The notes under the pieces were generated by a model. It was not told the DNA's origin, did not search any database, and saw nothing but the letters and a program-made list of their open reading frames with translations. A program made the position numbers and the translations under genes. A DNA stretch of 64,000 nucleotides, from positions 186,001 to 250,000 of IMG/VR virus record IMGVR_UViG_3300035661_000001; one strand, written 5' to 3'. Of this stretch, positions 47,553 to 57,464 are shown piece after piece. How positions within the stretch are numbered: position 1 is the stretch's first letter; each line of letters begins with the position of its first letter.

Positions 47553-48064
47553 TCAGGAAAGCTGATTCTATTCCTATTGTTAAATTGTTTCGTCATTATC
47601 GTTTAAGATTAGACGATAATAATAGAAAAATAATTTGTCCATTCTCTAGCCATCAAGGAGGGAGGGAGAGCTCTCCCTCCTTTTACTATTATCCTAACAC
47701 AAATAGTTTTTGGTGTTTTGGATGTAAAACAGGGGTGCGTTGTTGTGATTTTGTTTCAAATGTAGATAAAATTTCAAGAGTGAAAGCTGCTTTTAAGATT
47801 CTTGAACTATTCAAGAGTGATGTTGATGAAGATGCAATATTAATTGATCGTGAAAATTTCTCTGAAAAACTAGAAATAATGTTGATGTTTTCTAGTAAAG
47901 TTAGAGAATTTCGTAGAAATTCTGCAGATGAAAAATCACTTCAATTTATTGAAGAATTGTGCGCAGTATATGATGCTATAAATGTAAAACATTCATTAAA
48001 TAATGAGGCGTTACGCTCAGTTGTTGATCAGTTAATTGAAAAAATAAATTCGTATAAACTATGA
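47444..48064 (+). CDS. CHC2 (DnaG-type) zinc-finger protein without TOPRIM domain
   Basis: CPFSSH...SPSF.YYP.TNSFWCFGC. Confidence 0.8.
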   Translation: MYKLSDSLGSVGDSEVSRYYGDSTEVTTGKKYYQDLIRKADSIPIVKLFRHYRLRLDDNNRKIICPFSSHQGGRESSPSFYYYPNTNSFWCFGCKTGVRCCDFVSNVDKISRVKAAFKILELFKSDVDEDAILIDRENFSEKLEIMLMFSSKVREFRRNSADEKSLQFIEELCAVYDAINVKHSLNNEALRSVVDQLIEKINSYKL

Positions 48065-48307
48065 AAAAAATATATTGTCCAATATGTAATATGAAATTAA
48101 AAGTTGATCCTGCTGACGGCGTGACAATTTGCTCTTCTAATATAAATCATTATTTTTTCAGAAAATATATACGAGGTTGTTAACCTGGAAAATTATTCTG
48201 TGAGAATGGCTAATAACATTGTTTATCTATATAAAGATGAAATATGTGTTATGGAGTTTCCAGGAAAATTAGATTTAACTTCAAAAAATTTGATAGATAA
48301 AATTAAA
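48061..48307 (+). pseudogene. Small hypothetical gene broken by a T6 frameshift (48153-48158) and fused at its 3' end to a NUMOD3 remnant
   Basis: MKKIYCPICN...NHYF joins SENIYEVVNLENYSVRMANN...IDKIK after removal of one T. Confidence 0.5.
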
Positions 48308-48769
48308 ATATCCAAATCACATATTGGAAACAAATTATCAAAAGAGACCAAATTAAAATTATCAGCAGCCCATGTTGGAAAAAACATAGTTTGGAAACTA
48401 AAAATAAAATGTTAAAAATTAATAAGAAGATAAAGAAAAAATATACAGTTATTTATCCTAGTTTGACTGGTAAAAAAAATAAGTGAAGAAACAAGACGTA
48501 ACTTACGTGAAGTTAATCTGGGTAAGAAAGCCAGTCAAGAAACTAAAGAAAAAATGTCCCAATCTATGATTGGTGAAAATAATGGGATGTTTGGTACTTC
48601 AAGCGAAAAAGCTTCATGTGCCAAATTAACTCAAATACAGGCTGATGAGATCCGAAAAAGGTATTCGGAAGAAAAAATATCTTCAATTCAATTAGCTAAA
48701 GAGTATAATGTTAGCAAGAAAACTATACTAAATAACAAAACTTATAAGGATGTTCTATGGGTAAAGTAA
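48308..48769 (+). pseudogene. Decayed NUMOD3-repeat homing endonuclease DNA-binding tail (no catalytic domain)
   Basis: Repeats SKETKLKLS, HSLETKNKM, SEETRRNL, SQETKEKMS joined across A6 (48379-84) and A8 (48472-79) frameshifts; terminal helix-turn-helix. Confidence 0.75.
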
Positions 48770-49950
48770 TTTTGCTTGGGGACCCACATTTGGGGAAGGG
48801 CACCGGAATTGGCAAAACGGGCATCGGTTCAAATCTCAATAGCAGAATTGCCGATCAATTAAATCTTCTAGATTGGACTTTAGAACAGGCTGTTGAACAA
48901 TCAGCTGACAATATTATTATTACTGGAGATGTATTTGAGGATCCTAGACCTCACTCATCATTGATAACGATGTTTATTTCATGGTTAAAAAAATGCCAAG
49001 CCTATTCAGTGCATGTTCATGTGATTCTCGGAAATCATGATATGCTACGAAATGGTTTTGTTTATTCATCACCATTAGATATTATCAGTGAAGTAGAAAT
49101 GGACGGAGTAGATATTTATAAAAATATAGATTCTATCTTTATAGATACTACTGCTTTTACTTTTATTCCATTTCGTGATAGAAAATCTTTGGGAGCCTCA
49201 ACACAGCAAGAGGGTTTAAATATTATGCAAGAGACTCTTGCATATGAGTTAGCAAGTTTACCATTAACTTATAAGAAAGTTATAGTTGGACATTTGGTAA
49301 TAGAAGGATCAATACCAGTCGGTGATGAAATTGATGATATTACAAATGAACTTTTTTGTCCAATAAAAATGTTCGAAGGTTATGATTATGTTTGGATGGG
49401 GCATGTTCATAAGCCGCAGATAATGAATAAAAAGAATCCTTATGTAGCGCATATAGGTAGCATGGATATTTCTAATTTTGGAGAAACAGATCAGAAAAAA
49501 TACATTGTAATTCTAGACACTGATGCAAATAAAGGGTTTGAAATAAAATATCTTCCTACACGTGCTTTAAAGAAAATATCAATTACTGTTCCTAAAGAAA
49601 TTACTGATACGACCAAATACGTTTTATCGCAATTGAAAGATTTAAATTTAGACAAATCTATAGTTAAGGTAGAGATATCTTTGGATGCCCCTGAATTAAA
49701 ATCAGTTAACAAAAATACTATAGAAAAGTTTTTGACAGATAACGGAGTGTTTAATATCTCTGGCATTTCTGAATCAAAAAAAGTAGTTTTAGTAAAAAAA
49801 GATAATACTAATGTATTAAATACTAAAATGGATATGGTCTCAGCAATTAATAAATATAGTGAACTGTATATAGACAAGGCACACCAAATAGAATTTTCCA
49901 AATTAGCAATGGAAATATATAATTCTTTTAAATCTGAGGCTAAAGAATGA
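48757..49950 (+). CDS. sbcD: Mre11/SbcD-like nuclease
   Basis: GDPH, TGDVF, GNHD, GHL, GHVH. Confidence 0.88.
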   Translation: MGKVILLGDPHLGKGTGIGKTGIGSNLNSRIADQLNLLDWTLEQAVEQSADNIIITGDVFEDPRPHSSLITMFISWLKKCQAYSVHVHVILGNHDMLRNGFVYSSPLDIISEVEMDGVDIYKNIDSIFIDTTAFTFIPFRDRKSLGASTQQEGLNIMQETLAYELASLPLTYKKVIVGHLVIEGSIPVGDEIDDITNELFCPIKMFEGYDYVWMGHVHKPQIMNKKNPYVAHIGSMDISNFGETDQKKYIVILDTDANKGFEIKYLPTRALKKISITVPKEITDTTKYVLSQLKDLNLDKSIVKVEISLDAPELKSVNKNTIEKFLTDNGVFNISGISESKKVVLVKKDNTNVLNTKMDMVSAINKYSELYIDKAHQIEFSKLAMEIYNSFKSEAKE

Positions 49951-52154
49951 ATCCTTTAAAATTATATATTGAGAATTTTCAGTGTCACGCTCAAAGCTAC
50001 ATAGATTTTACAGAATTTAATTCGGCATTAGTCATTGGTAAAATAGAAAATAACGACTCCTATTCTAATGGGGTTGGTAAAACTACTATATTTAAAGCTA
50101 TTGAGTATGTTTTATTTAATCAAGCAGATATAAATCTTGAAAAGATCATTCGTGATGATACGAATCATTGTGCGATTGTCATAGATTTCTTAGTTGGAGA
50201 TCAGGAATATCGTGTTTCTAGAAAAAGAACAAAAAAAGGGGCAACTGATTTAACTCTTTTACAGAGAAACTCTGTAGAAGGAAGTGATACAGAAGTGTAC
50301 CATGATATTTCTTTTACCCCAATATTTGATGATAAATTTTGGAAAGATATTTCCGGGCGACGCGCCGCAGATACTGAAAAAGAATTAGAAAAATTGATTA
50401 AGATCAATTTTAAAACATTTAGAAGTATTGTTCATTTTGTGCAAAATGATTTTAGTGGTTTAACAACCTCTACTCCTGAAAAAAGAAAAGCTTTATTTAA
50501 AGATGCTTTAAACCTTATAGTTTATTCTAAATTAGAAAAAATTGCCAAAGACAGAGCAAATGTTTTAACAAAAGAAATTGATAGACATAAGATTTTAATT
50601 GAGTCCCTTTTGTCCGCACAAGATAATCTATGTGAATTAAATTCTCAATTGATAGATTGTGATGAAAAGATATTTTATTTAGATAAAAAGATTTGCCCTC
50701 TTAATGAAGATGTAATGAAACATCATTCAATTTTGAATGATTTGATGGCGTCTTACAAAGATCAAGAAAATAAAAACGTATCTTTACTTGAAAAAGAAAA
50801 GGTACTTCTTTTACAGAAAGCCAAGATTGAATCTTCAATAAAAGAGTATTCAGCTAAAAAATCCGTAATGATTAAATTCGCTAAAGAATTAGTTGAAGAA
50901 ATAAAAACATACAAAGAAGAATTGGAAACTTTATCCAAACACGATTTATCTCAAATAGACGATATTAATAATCAAATAAATGATTTGAAGCAAAAAATAA
51001 CGTATTCAAATATTGTAATAACAAATAATGTTACAGATTACGAAGAGTTGAAAATTCCAGTTCCTGATGATGATTTTTGCAAACACTGTCGTCAAAAAAT
51101 GACTGCAGAACATAAGCAAGAGTGTAAAAATAAAATAGCTAGAGATATGGAAAAATGTCAAGCCGTAATAGCTTCTTCAAAAAAAGAAATATCTCAATTA
51201 AATTCTGAAAATAATATTTTGCAGTTAAAATTAAATGTTTTAACTCGTGCAAAATCTCAATTGGATATTATTAATAGTAAAATAATATCAAAAAATAGTG
51301 AGCTACAAGATAAGAAAAACATTCATGTAGAGTATTCTTCTATCATAGATAATTTCAATCATGATTTGTCATTAAAAAATGATGAATTACTATTAGTCAA
51401 ACAGGCTATGGATGCAGCTACGCCAGTTGAAGTTTCTTTAATAAAAGATAAAGTAGAATTAAAAAAGAAAGAGATTTCAGATGTTAATTCGTCTATCATT
51501 TCTTTGAATAAAGAAATTGCTCATTTTACTAGTACTAAAGCTGTTATCAAACATAATATCGATCAAAAAATCAAAGAGGTATCTAGATCGGAATCTCTTA
51601 AAGATAAATTGAATGAATTAGAAAGTCATTATTTACCATACCCACAAGTTATCCAAGCATTTTCATCAACTGGTATACCTAATTTAATCATTCAAAATGT
51701 TTTAGACGATTTACAAATTAAATCTAACGAATTGCTTAGTCAATTAAAACCTGGATTGCAATTATCTTTTTTGGTTGAAAAAACTAAAGGTGATGGAACA
51801 GAGTCAGATACTCTTGATATTCATTATCACGTAAATGGTAAAGAAAGATATTATGAACAACTGTCTGGAGCGATGAAATTGGCAGTAACTTTTAGTTTAA
51901 AAATAGGTTTAAACTCATTACTTCAAAACATGGTTGGGACAAACATTAAGTTTTTATTGTTAGATGAAATTGATCAATCTTTAGATAAAGCAAGCGTAGA
52001 TGCATTTGCAAATATCGTTAAACATTTTCAAAACGATTTTACAATACTAGTGATAACTCATAATGATAGATTAAAAGATAAATTTAACCATGCAATCTTG
52101 GTAGAACAAGATTTAAACATGGTTTCCAAGGCGAAAGTAGTAAGTGAGTGGTGA
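49947..52154 (+). CDS. sbcC: Rad50/SbcC-like SMC ATPase
   Basis: NGVGKTT, zinc hook CKHC, LSGA signature, LLDEID, ITH. Confidence 0.9.
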   Translation: MNPLKLYIENFQCHAQSYIDFTEFNSALVIGKIENNDSYSNGVGKTTIFKAIEYVLFNQADINLEKIIRDDTNHCAIVIDFLVGDQEYRVSRKRTKKGATDLTLLQRNSVEGSDTEVYHDISFTPIFDDKFWKDISGRRAADTEKELEKLIKINFKTFRSIVHFVQNDFSGLTTSTPEKRKALFKDALNLIVYSKLEKIAKDRANVLTKEIDRHKILIESLLSAQDNLCELNSQLIDCDEKIFYLDKKICPLNEDVMKHHSILNDLMASYKDQENKNVSLLEKEKVLLLQKAKIESSIKEYSAKKSVMIKFAKELVEEIKTYKEELETLSKHDLSQIDDINNQINDLKQKITYSNIVITNNVTDYEELKIPVPDDDFCKHCRQKMTAEHKQECKNKIARDMEKCQAVIASSKKEISQLNSENNILQLKLNVLTRAKSQLDIINSKIISKNSELQDKKNIHVEYSSIIDNFNHDLSLKNDELLLVKQAMDAATPVEVSLIKDKVELKKKEISDVNSSIISLNKEIAHFTSTKAVIKHNIDQKIKEVSRSESLKDKLNELESHYLPYPQVIQAFSSTGIPNLIIQNVLDDLQIKSNELLSQLKPGLQLSFLVEKTKGDGTESDTLDIHYHVNGKERYYEQLSGAMKLAVTFSLKIGLNSLLQNMVGTNIKFLLLDEIDQSLDKASVDAFANIVKHFQNDFTILVITHNDRLKDKFNHAILVEQDLNMVSKAKVVSEW

Positions 52155-52755
52155 TATGTATAAAATAGCTATTTCAGGTAAAGCTAATTCTGGTAAAGAT
52201 ACTGCTAGTCGTTATTTTGAAGATTGTTTTAATCCTGGATGGAAAGGAAGATGTTTTACGCCACGTAAAACAATCAGTATAGCTTTTGCCGATCCCATTA
52301 AAGAAATGATACTTCAAATGTATCCAGGTTTGAAAAGAGAATATTTATTTGGAGATTCAAAATATAGAAAAGAAATAATTCCAGGATCTTATCATAATGG
52401 GGAGCCTTTAACTATTCGTGTTTTATTACAAGAATTTGGAGAGGGTTGTAAGAAATATAATCCCAAAATTTGGATTAATGCTTTTGATGCTAAATCAAAA
52501 ATGGCAGAAGAACGTGGTGATAATTTGGTTATTGCTTCTGATTTAAGATTCATTGATGAATTCAATTATCTAAAAGAAAATGGCTTCTATTTGATTCGTA
52601 TTATACGTGGAGAAGATGAAGGCATGAATCACATATCGGAAACTCAACAAAAACAAATTAAAAATAGTGATTTCGATAAGATCATTGATAATAATGGCAG
52701 TTTAATGGATTTGAAAACTCAATTTGATGAAATCACAAAATCTTTAAAAGAGTAA
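52144..52755 (+). CDS. Deoxynucleoside monophosphate kinase
   Basis: ISGKANSGKDT, FADPIK, SDLRF.DE, HISE. Confidence 0.85.
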   Translation: MSGDMYKIAISGKANSGKDTASRYFEDCFNPGWKGRCFTPRKTISIAFADPIKEMILQMYPGLKREYLFGDSKYRKEIIPGSYHNGEPLTIRVLLQEFGEGCKKYNPKIWINAFDAKSKMAEERGDNLVIASDLRFIDEFNYLKENGFYLIRIIRGEDEGMNHISETQQKQIKNSDFDKIIDNNGSLMDLKTQFDEITKSLKE

Positions 52756-52776
52756 CGGCTAATAGGACATTTATGA

Positions 52777-53091
52777 ATGAACGTCGAGCTATTCAAAAAG
52801 GAATTCCTCCCCAGATTTAAAAATAGTGGAGAAGATAAGTTTTATAAATCGTTATTATTGATAAGTCTGAATAAATTAGTAATGGTAGAAAAGGGAGATT
52901 ATAAAGGAATATTGCCTCATATTGAATTATTAGATTATTACGAACAACTCATAATTTTATATAGAAGAGAGGGCGAGGAAATTTATTTAAAGGTTGCTAA
53001 GACTTTTAGAAAAGCGGCTCATAAAGTTTACCGCATCATGTTAAAAAAGAAAATGAGCCCAGTAAACTCAAAATTTCTAAATGTAGTATAA
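52777..53091 (+). CDS. Hypothetical protein
   Basis: ORF track. Confidence 0.55.
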   Translation: MNVELFKKEFLPRFKNSGEDKFYKSLLLISLNKLVMVEKGDYKGILPHIELLDYYEQLIILYRREGEEIYLKVAKTFRKAAHKVYRIMLKKKMSPVNSKFLNVV

Positions 53092-53092
53092 T

Positions 53093-54082
53093 ATGGCTGT
53101 TATTAATTTAACCATCGTTGAATCTGAAGAACAAATTGTAGCAGGTATTCCTTTAACGATTACCATGTCTACAAACATACCTTCTTCCATTTTTTATACT
53201 TTAGATGGAAGTATTCCTACTTTATTTTCTAACATTTATATTTCTCCAATACTTTTACCTTATGATGTTTTAACTGTTACGTTAAATATATTTGCTACCA
53301 ATGGAGTTGATTCTTCTCCCGTTGTTACTGAAGTGTACGGTACAAATATATTAAATAACGCTAGATTGTCACATTCTGCCACTACTGCACAGCCAAATTC
53401 TTCTAGACCTGATTTATATCCTTTTGGTACTAATGCTCCTCAGCCCGATAGCACCTTTTTGAATCCTGGAGATGCGGGTATAAATGTTGATGATCCATCT
53501 TTACCTATAATTTCATCGGGATATGATGCGGATGGATATCAATCATTATTAAGCAATCAAGAATACACGCAGGATAACTATCAGATAATTTATGGGGCGA
53601 GAGACGCTCAAGGGCTTCCTCAAATTGGAATATTACCTCCTGTAAATTCAATCATTGAGCCCGAGGTCCCTGCCCCTGAGTATACTAGTCAATTCACGCA
53701 AGTTTTCGATCCTCGCGCTTTTGTAATTTTCCAAGATTTTACAAATGCTGATCCTGAAGATTTATCAGCAGTGAATAGACAATTTTTTAGTTTAGAAGAT
53801 CCTGATCGCGCAAGAGATGGAAATGCGTATTATACTAGTGGATTAGATGCGCCATCTGTTAGTGGATCATTTTTAAGATCTCATTATAATCCAAGGGATA
53901 ACACTGTTACATATTATTATTTGGACACTTGGACTAATCGCTGGATTATTTCTAAAACCAAACATGATCCAAAAGGACCATATGATGGTAATCTTTCTGG
54001 AAAAATTGTAGCTGGAAAAGGCGGAGCAGGTGCTCGTAATGTTTACGAGTGGATCCCGTACGCAAGAAGAACACTTTTTTGA
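53093..54082 (+). CDS. Protein with N-terminal FN3-like (chitobiase C-terminal type) domain, possibly structural
   Basis: IFYTLDGSIP...Y..PI.L. Confidence 0.6.
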   Translation: MAVINLTIVESEEQIVAGIPLTITMSTNIPSSIFYTLDGSIPTLFSNIYISPILLPYDVLTVTLNIFATNGVDSSPVVTEVYGTNILNNARLSHSATTAQPNSSRPDLYPFGTNAPQPDSTFLNPGDAGINVDDPSLPIISSGYDADGYQSLLSNQEYTQDNYQIIYGARDAQGLPQIGILPPVNSIIEPEVPAPEYTSQFTQVFDPRAFVIFQDFTNADPEDLSAVNRQFFSLEDPDRARDGNAYYTSGLDAPSVSGSFLRSHYNPRDNTVTYYYLDTWTNRWIISKTKHDPKGPYDGNLSGKIVAGKGGAGARNVYEWIPYARRTLF

Positions 54083-54244
54083 TTGGTCATATAAACTTAT
54101 CAAAAAATATAAGAGATATTATTGAAAATAGCTATAATAATGGTTTTTATCCTCCACTAAATAATTTTATTATTACATAATTTTGGTATTTTGCGAATGA
54201 GTTATATTCATTCATACACAATATCACTAAAAGATCGAATTAAA

Positions 54245-55030
54245 ATGTCACAACAATTAAGATTGAGCGTTTCTAAAACAAAAACGTTCTTGGATTGCCG
54301 CGCCAAATTCAAATTTTCATATATTGAAAAGCTTCCTAAGAAGGATTGGGAACATCACACATTGGGTAAATTTTGTCACAAGGTATTAGAAGATTTTCAT
54401 ATTGCTTATCTTGAAGGTTCTCAGGAACCTTACAATGTAGAAATGCAAAAAGCATTTAAAGCTGCCACGGCAGAGTACAAAGCTGCTATGACTCCCGAAA
54501 TGAAAAAAGAATGCTGGGTCATGATTGACAAATATTTAAAAATTGTCACTGACGATAAAAAAAATAATACGGGAGCCAACGTTATTGCTTGTGAAAAGAA
54601 ATTCGAGCTTTTGGTCGAAGATAAAGTTCTTTTAAACGGCATGATTGACAGGATCCAAATTGATGGTGATGGTGTACTGCACGTGGCAGACTACAAGACC
54701 ACCAAAGAAAAAAAATATTTGAAGGATGATTGGTTTCAACTTTTAACATATTGTTTTATCATGATAAATGAGAATCCAGAATTAACAAAAGTTAGAGCTT
54801 CATATATTTTATTGAGACATAATTTTGAGTATATTACAAAAGAATTTTCTGTACCAGAAATTATGGTTGTGCAAGATCAGTACATAAAGTATGCTGATCA
54901 AATTCTAACAGAAAAAGAATATTTACCTAATCCAAATAATTTGTGTCGCTTCTGTGATTATTTAAACATATGTGTAGAGGGTAAAAAACGGGTTCATCCG
55001 GCAGCCGTCTATGGAGAAGTAAGCTATTAA
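54245..55030 (+). CDS. PD-(D/E)XK exonuclease (RecB/AddB-like)
   Basis: LSVSK, GMIDRI, DYKT, QLLTY, CRFCDY..IC. Confidence 0.88.
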   Translation: MSQQLRLSVSKTKTFLDCRAKFKFSYIEKLPKKDWEHHTLGKFCHKVLEDFHIAYLEGSQEPYNVEMQKAFKAATAEYKAAMTPEMKKECWVMIDKYLKIVTDDKKNNTGANVIACEKKFELLVEDKVLLNGMIDRIQIDGDGVLHVADYKTTKEKKYLKDDWFQLLTYCFIMINENPELTKVRASYILLRHNFEYITKEFSVPEIMVVQDQYIKYADQILTEKEYLPNPNNLCRFCDYLNICVEGKKRVHPAAVYGEVSY

Positions 55031-55033
55031 CAT

Positions 55034-55732
55034 ATGTTAGAATTTAAAATTTGTAATAAGTGTGGTGATGAGAAATCATTAAATGAATTTGTAGCAAAAA
55101 GAAATAATTGTAAATTATGCAGAAATAAGTCTCTCAAAGCTAAAAAAAGTTTGAAACCTAAGAAAGAAAAAGTCACCAAAGAGCATAAATTACAAAAAAT
55201 CAAGGAGTGGCAAAAGAATAATCCTGACAAAAGAGCATCATCTGTAAAAAAATATAATTATAATCATAAATCTGAGGCAAGAAATTATTATTATGATAAT
55301 AGAGAAACGATAATATATCGTGTAAAACAATATAAAATATATAATCGTGAAAAAGTCAATCAAGCATTAAGAAATAAAAGAAAAAATATTACAATTAAAT
55401 TAAGGCATTATACTTCTGTTTTAATTAGAAGAAGTTTACGTGGAGAAAAATATTCTATTATGAAATTTTTACCATATTCAATTGAAGAATTAAAACAAAA
55501 TATAGAATTATTATTTGAGCCATGGATGAATTGGCAAAATTGGGGCATGTATAATCCTAATGTTTGGAATGATAATGATCAATCCACCTGGACATGGAAT
55601 ATTGATCATATCATACCGCAAAGCAAATTGCCATATGCTTCTATGGAAGATGATAATTTTAAGAAGTGTTGGTCTTTAAATAATTTAAGACCTTTAAGTT
55701 CAAAAGAAAATATATTAAAAGGTAATAAATGA
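55034..55732 (+). CDS. HNH-type homing endonuclease
   Basis: CNKC, CKLC; W.IDHIIPQS...CWSLNNLRPL...N..K. Confidence 0.75.
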   Translation: MLEFKICNKCGDEKSLNEFVAKRNNCKLCRNKSLKAKKSLKPKKEKVTKEHKLQKIKEWQKNNPDKRASSVKKYNYNHKSEARNYYYDNRETIIYRVKQYKIYNREKVNQALRNKRKNITIKLRHYTSVLIRRSLRGEKYSIMKFLPYSIEELKQNIELLFEPWMNWQNWGMYNPNVWNDNDQSTWTWNIDHIIPQSKLPYASMEDDNFKKCWSLNNLRPLSSKENILKGNK

Positions 55733-55750
55733 AAGTTACAATAAAAAAAA

Positions 55751-56167
55751 TTGAATGTTGATGCAGATATCGATCCTCTTGACAATATGATTACTACAGA
55801 TTTTTCCATAGTTTGGATCGCACCAAATCCAGGAGTGATTGAAAATCAAAAATTAGATGGAAGATTTATTGACAGCAATAAAATTACTTATGATTTTCAA
55901 TCATCTAAACAATGGCAAGATTCATTCGCAAAACATTTAACTATAAAATTAGATTTTTATAATGTTGTGCTTGGAGCAAATGCCAATAAATTGTACAACG
56001 ATCTTGATTTTCAAATGTCAAAAAATTTAAATGAAGCGTTCCCAATGAATCAACAAAATGCTGATAGATTTTCAATTTCATTGATTGAATTGTGGCAAGC
56101 GTTTCAAGAATTAAAAGCAGACGGTAAAGCTGATATAAATACCAATTATACTGTAAAATGTTTATAA
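55751..56167 (+). CDS. Hypothetical protein
   Basis: ORF track (TTG start; an upstream ATG near 55729 is possible). Confidence 0.5.
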   Translation: MNVDADIDPLDNMITTDFSIVWIAPNPGVIENQKLDGRFIDSNKITYDFQSSKQWQDSFAKHLTIKLDFYNVVLGANANKLYNDLDFQMSKNLNEAFPMNQQNADRFSISLIELWQAFQELKADGKADINTNYTVKCL

Positions 56168-56176
56168 AGAGGAAAA

Positions 56177-57427
56177 ATGGAAATAGAGATTAAAGAATTA
56201 GAGTCCTGTAAACTTAACATTGTTTATGTAGCTGATGCGGGTGAGATTTTAGAAAAGCGTGGCGTTGTTATTCAAGCTTTTAAGAAAGCTCCAGTTCCAG
56301 GTTTCAGACCAGGAAAAGGATCAATTGATGCTATTAAATTTCATTATAAAAATCAAATTGAAGAGTCATTAAAACGTGGTTTGGCAGAAGACGCTTATCA
56401 TAACACTCTTTTTGAAAAGAAATTAAAGCCACACGGAGCACCGACTTTCAAAAGCCTTCTTATGGGAGATGGTAAATTCACTTGTGAATTTGATTTATTC
56501 GTAAAACCAGATTTTGAACTAGCTGATTTTAAGAGTTTAAATATCCCAAAACCACATGAAGATATAAGTATCTTAGAATTTTCAGAAAAGCTTTTACAAG
56601 ATTTAAGACACAAATTCGGAGAGACTGCTCCTTATACGGAAAATGATTTTGTACAACAGGGAGATAATGTAATTATAGATTATGTTGGAACTGTTGATGG
56701 AACAAGAGTTGATTCTTTGTGTACCGAAGGTGAAATGTTAACTGTTGGTCAAAGTCAACTGCCTAATTTTGATTCAAGCTTATTGGGCATGACGTTGTCA
56801 GAAACTAGAGAATTCGATTTAGTTGTTCCTGAAAATGGAATGCCATCTTTAGCTGGTAAAACAGTTCATTTTAATGTGACATTGAATATGGGTTCAAAAA
56901 CTGAATTATGTCCATTAGATGATTCATTAGCTGAAAAAATGGGAAAGAAAACTATTCTAGAATTAAGAGAATTAGTTAATGCTGCGGCAAGCGGTAGAGT
57001 GTCTAATATGCTTAAATTGAAAATAAATGAATCAGTTGCTGCTCATTTAGTTAACGATAATTCTTTCGAAGTTCCTAATTGGTTAAGTTTATCAGAAGCT
57101 CAATATTTAGCACACAGTGCTAAATTAGATTGGGTAACTATGAGTGAGTCGGATAAAGAAAAATATCTAGAAATGGCAATTAGAAATGTTAAATTGTCAT
57201 TGGTATTAGATAAAATTAGAGAAACAGAACCAGAAGCCCAATTATCAGATCAAGAAGTATTCAACATAATTAAAGGTAATTTAGTTAAAACACAAAATAG
57301 TAAAGAATCAGTAGATGATATTATTAAAGAGATGAATAGGACCGGCTATTTACAAATAATGTTTTCTAGAATCAAAGACGAATATACGCTAGATTTTGTA
57401 TCGAAAAAAATCAATATCATTGAGTAA
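56177..57427 (+). CDS. tig: Trigger factor
   Basis: Ribosome-binding PGFRPGK, FKBP domain (GD.VIIDYVG...G), C-terminal domain; GAGG SD. Confidence 0.92.
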   Translation: MEIEIKELESCKLNIVYVADAGEILEKRGVVIQAFKKAPVPGFRPGKGSIDAIKFHYKNQIEESLKRGLAEDAYHNTLFEKKLKPHGAPTFKSLLMGDGKFTCEFDLFVKPDFELADFKSLNIPKPHEDISILEFSEKLLQDLRHKFGETAPYTENDFVQQGDNVIIDYVGTVDGTRVDSLCTEGEMLTVGQSQLPNFDSSLLGMTLSETREFDLVVPENGMPSLAGKTVHFNVTLNMGSKTELCPLDDSLAEKMGKKTILELRELVNAAASGRVSNMLKLKINESVAAHLVNDNSFEVPNWLSLSEAQYLAHSAKLDWVTMSESDKEKYLEMAIRNVKLSLVLDKIRETEPEAQLSDQEVFNIIKGNLVKTQNSKESVDDIIKEMNRTGYLQIMFSRIKDEYTLDFVSKKINIIE

Positions 57428-57464
57428 TTATTTTTAGGTAAGGCAATATTACACCATTACAAGT

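Noticed and set aside
54245-55030. Cas4/CRISPR adaptation gene
   Set aside because: It has an AddB/Cas4-like Cys pattern but no array or cas genes nearby; the replication context favours a recombination exonuclease
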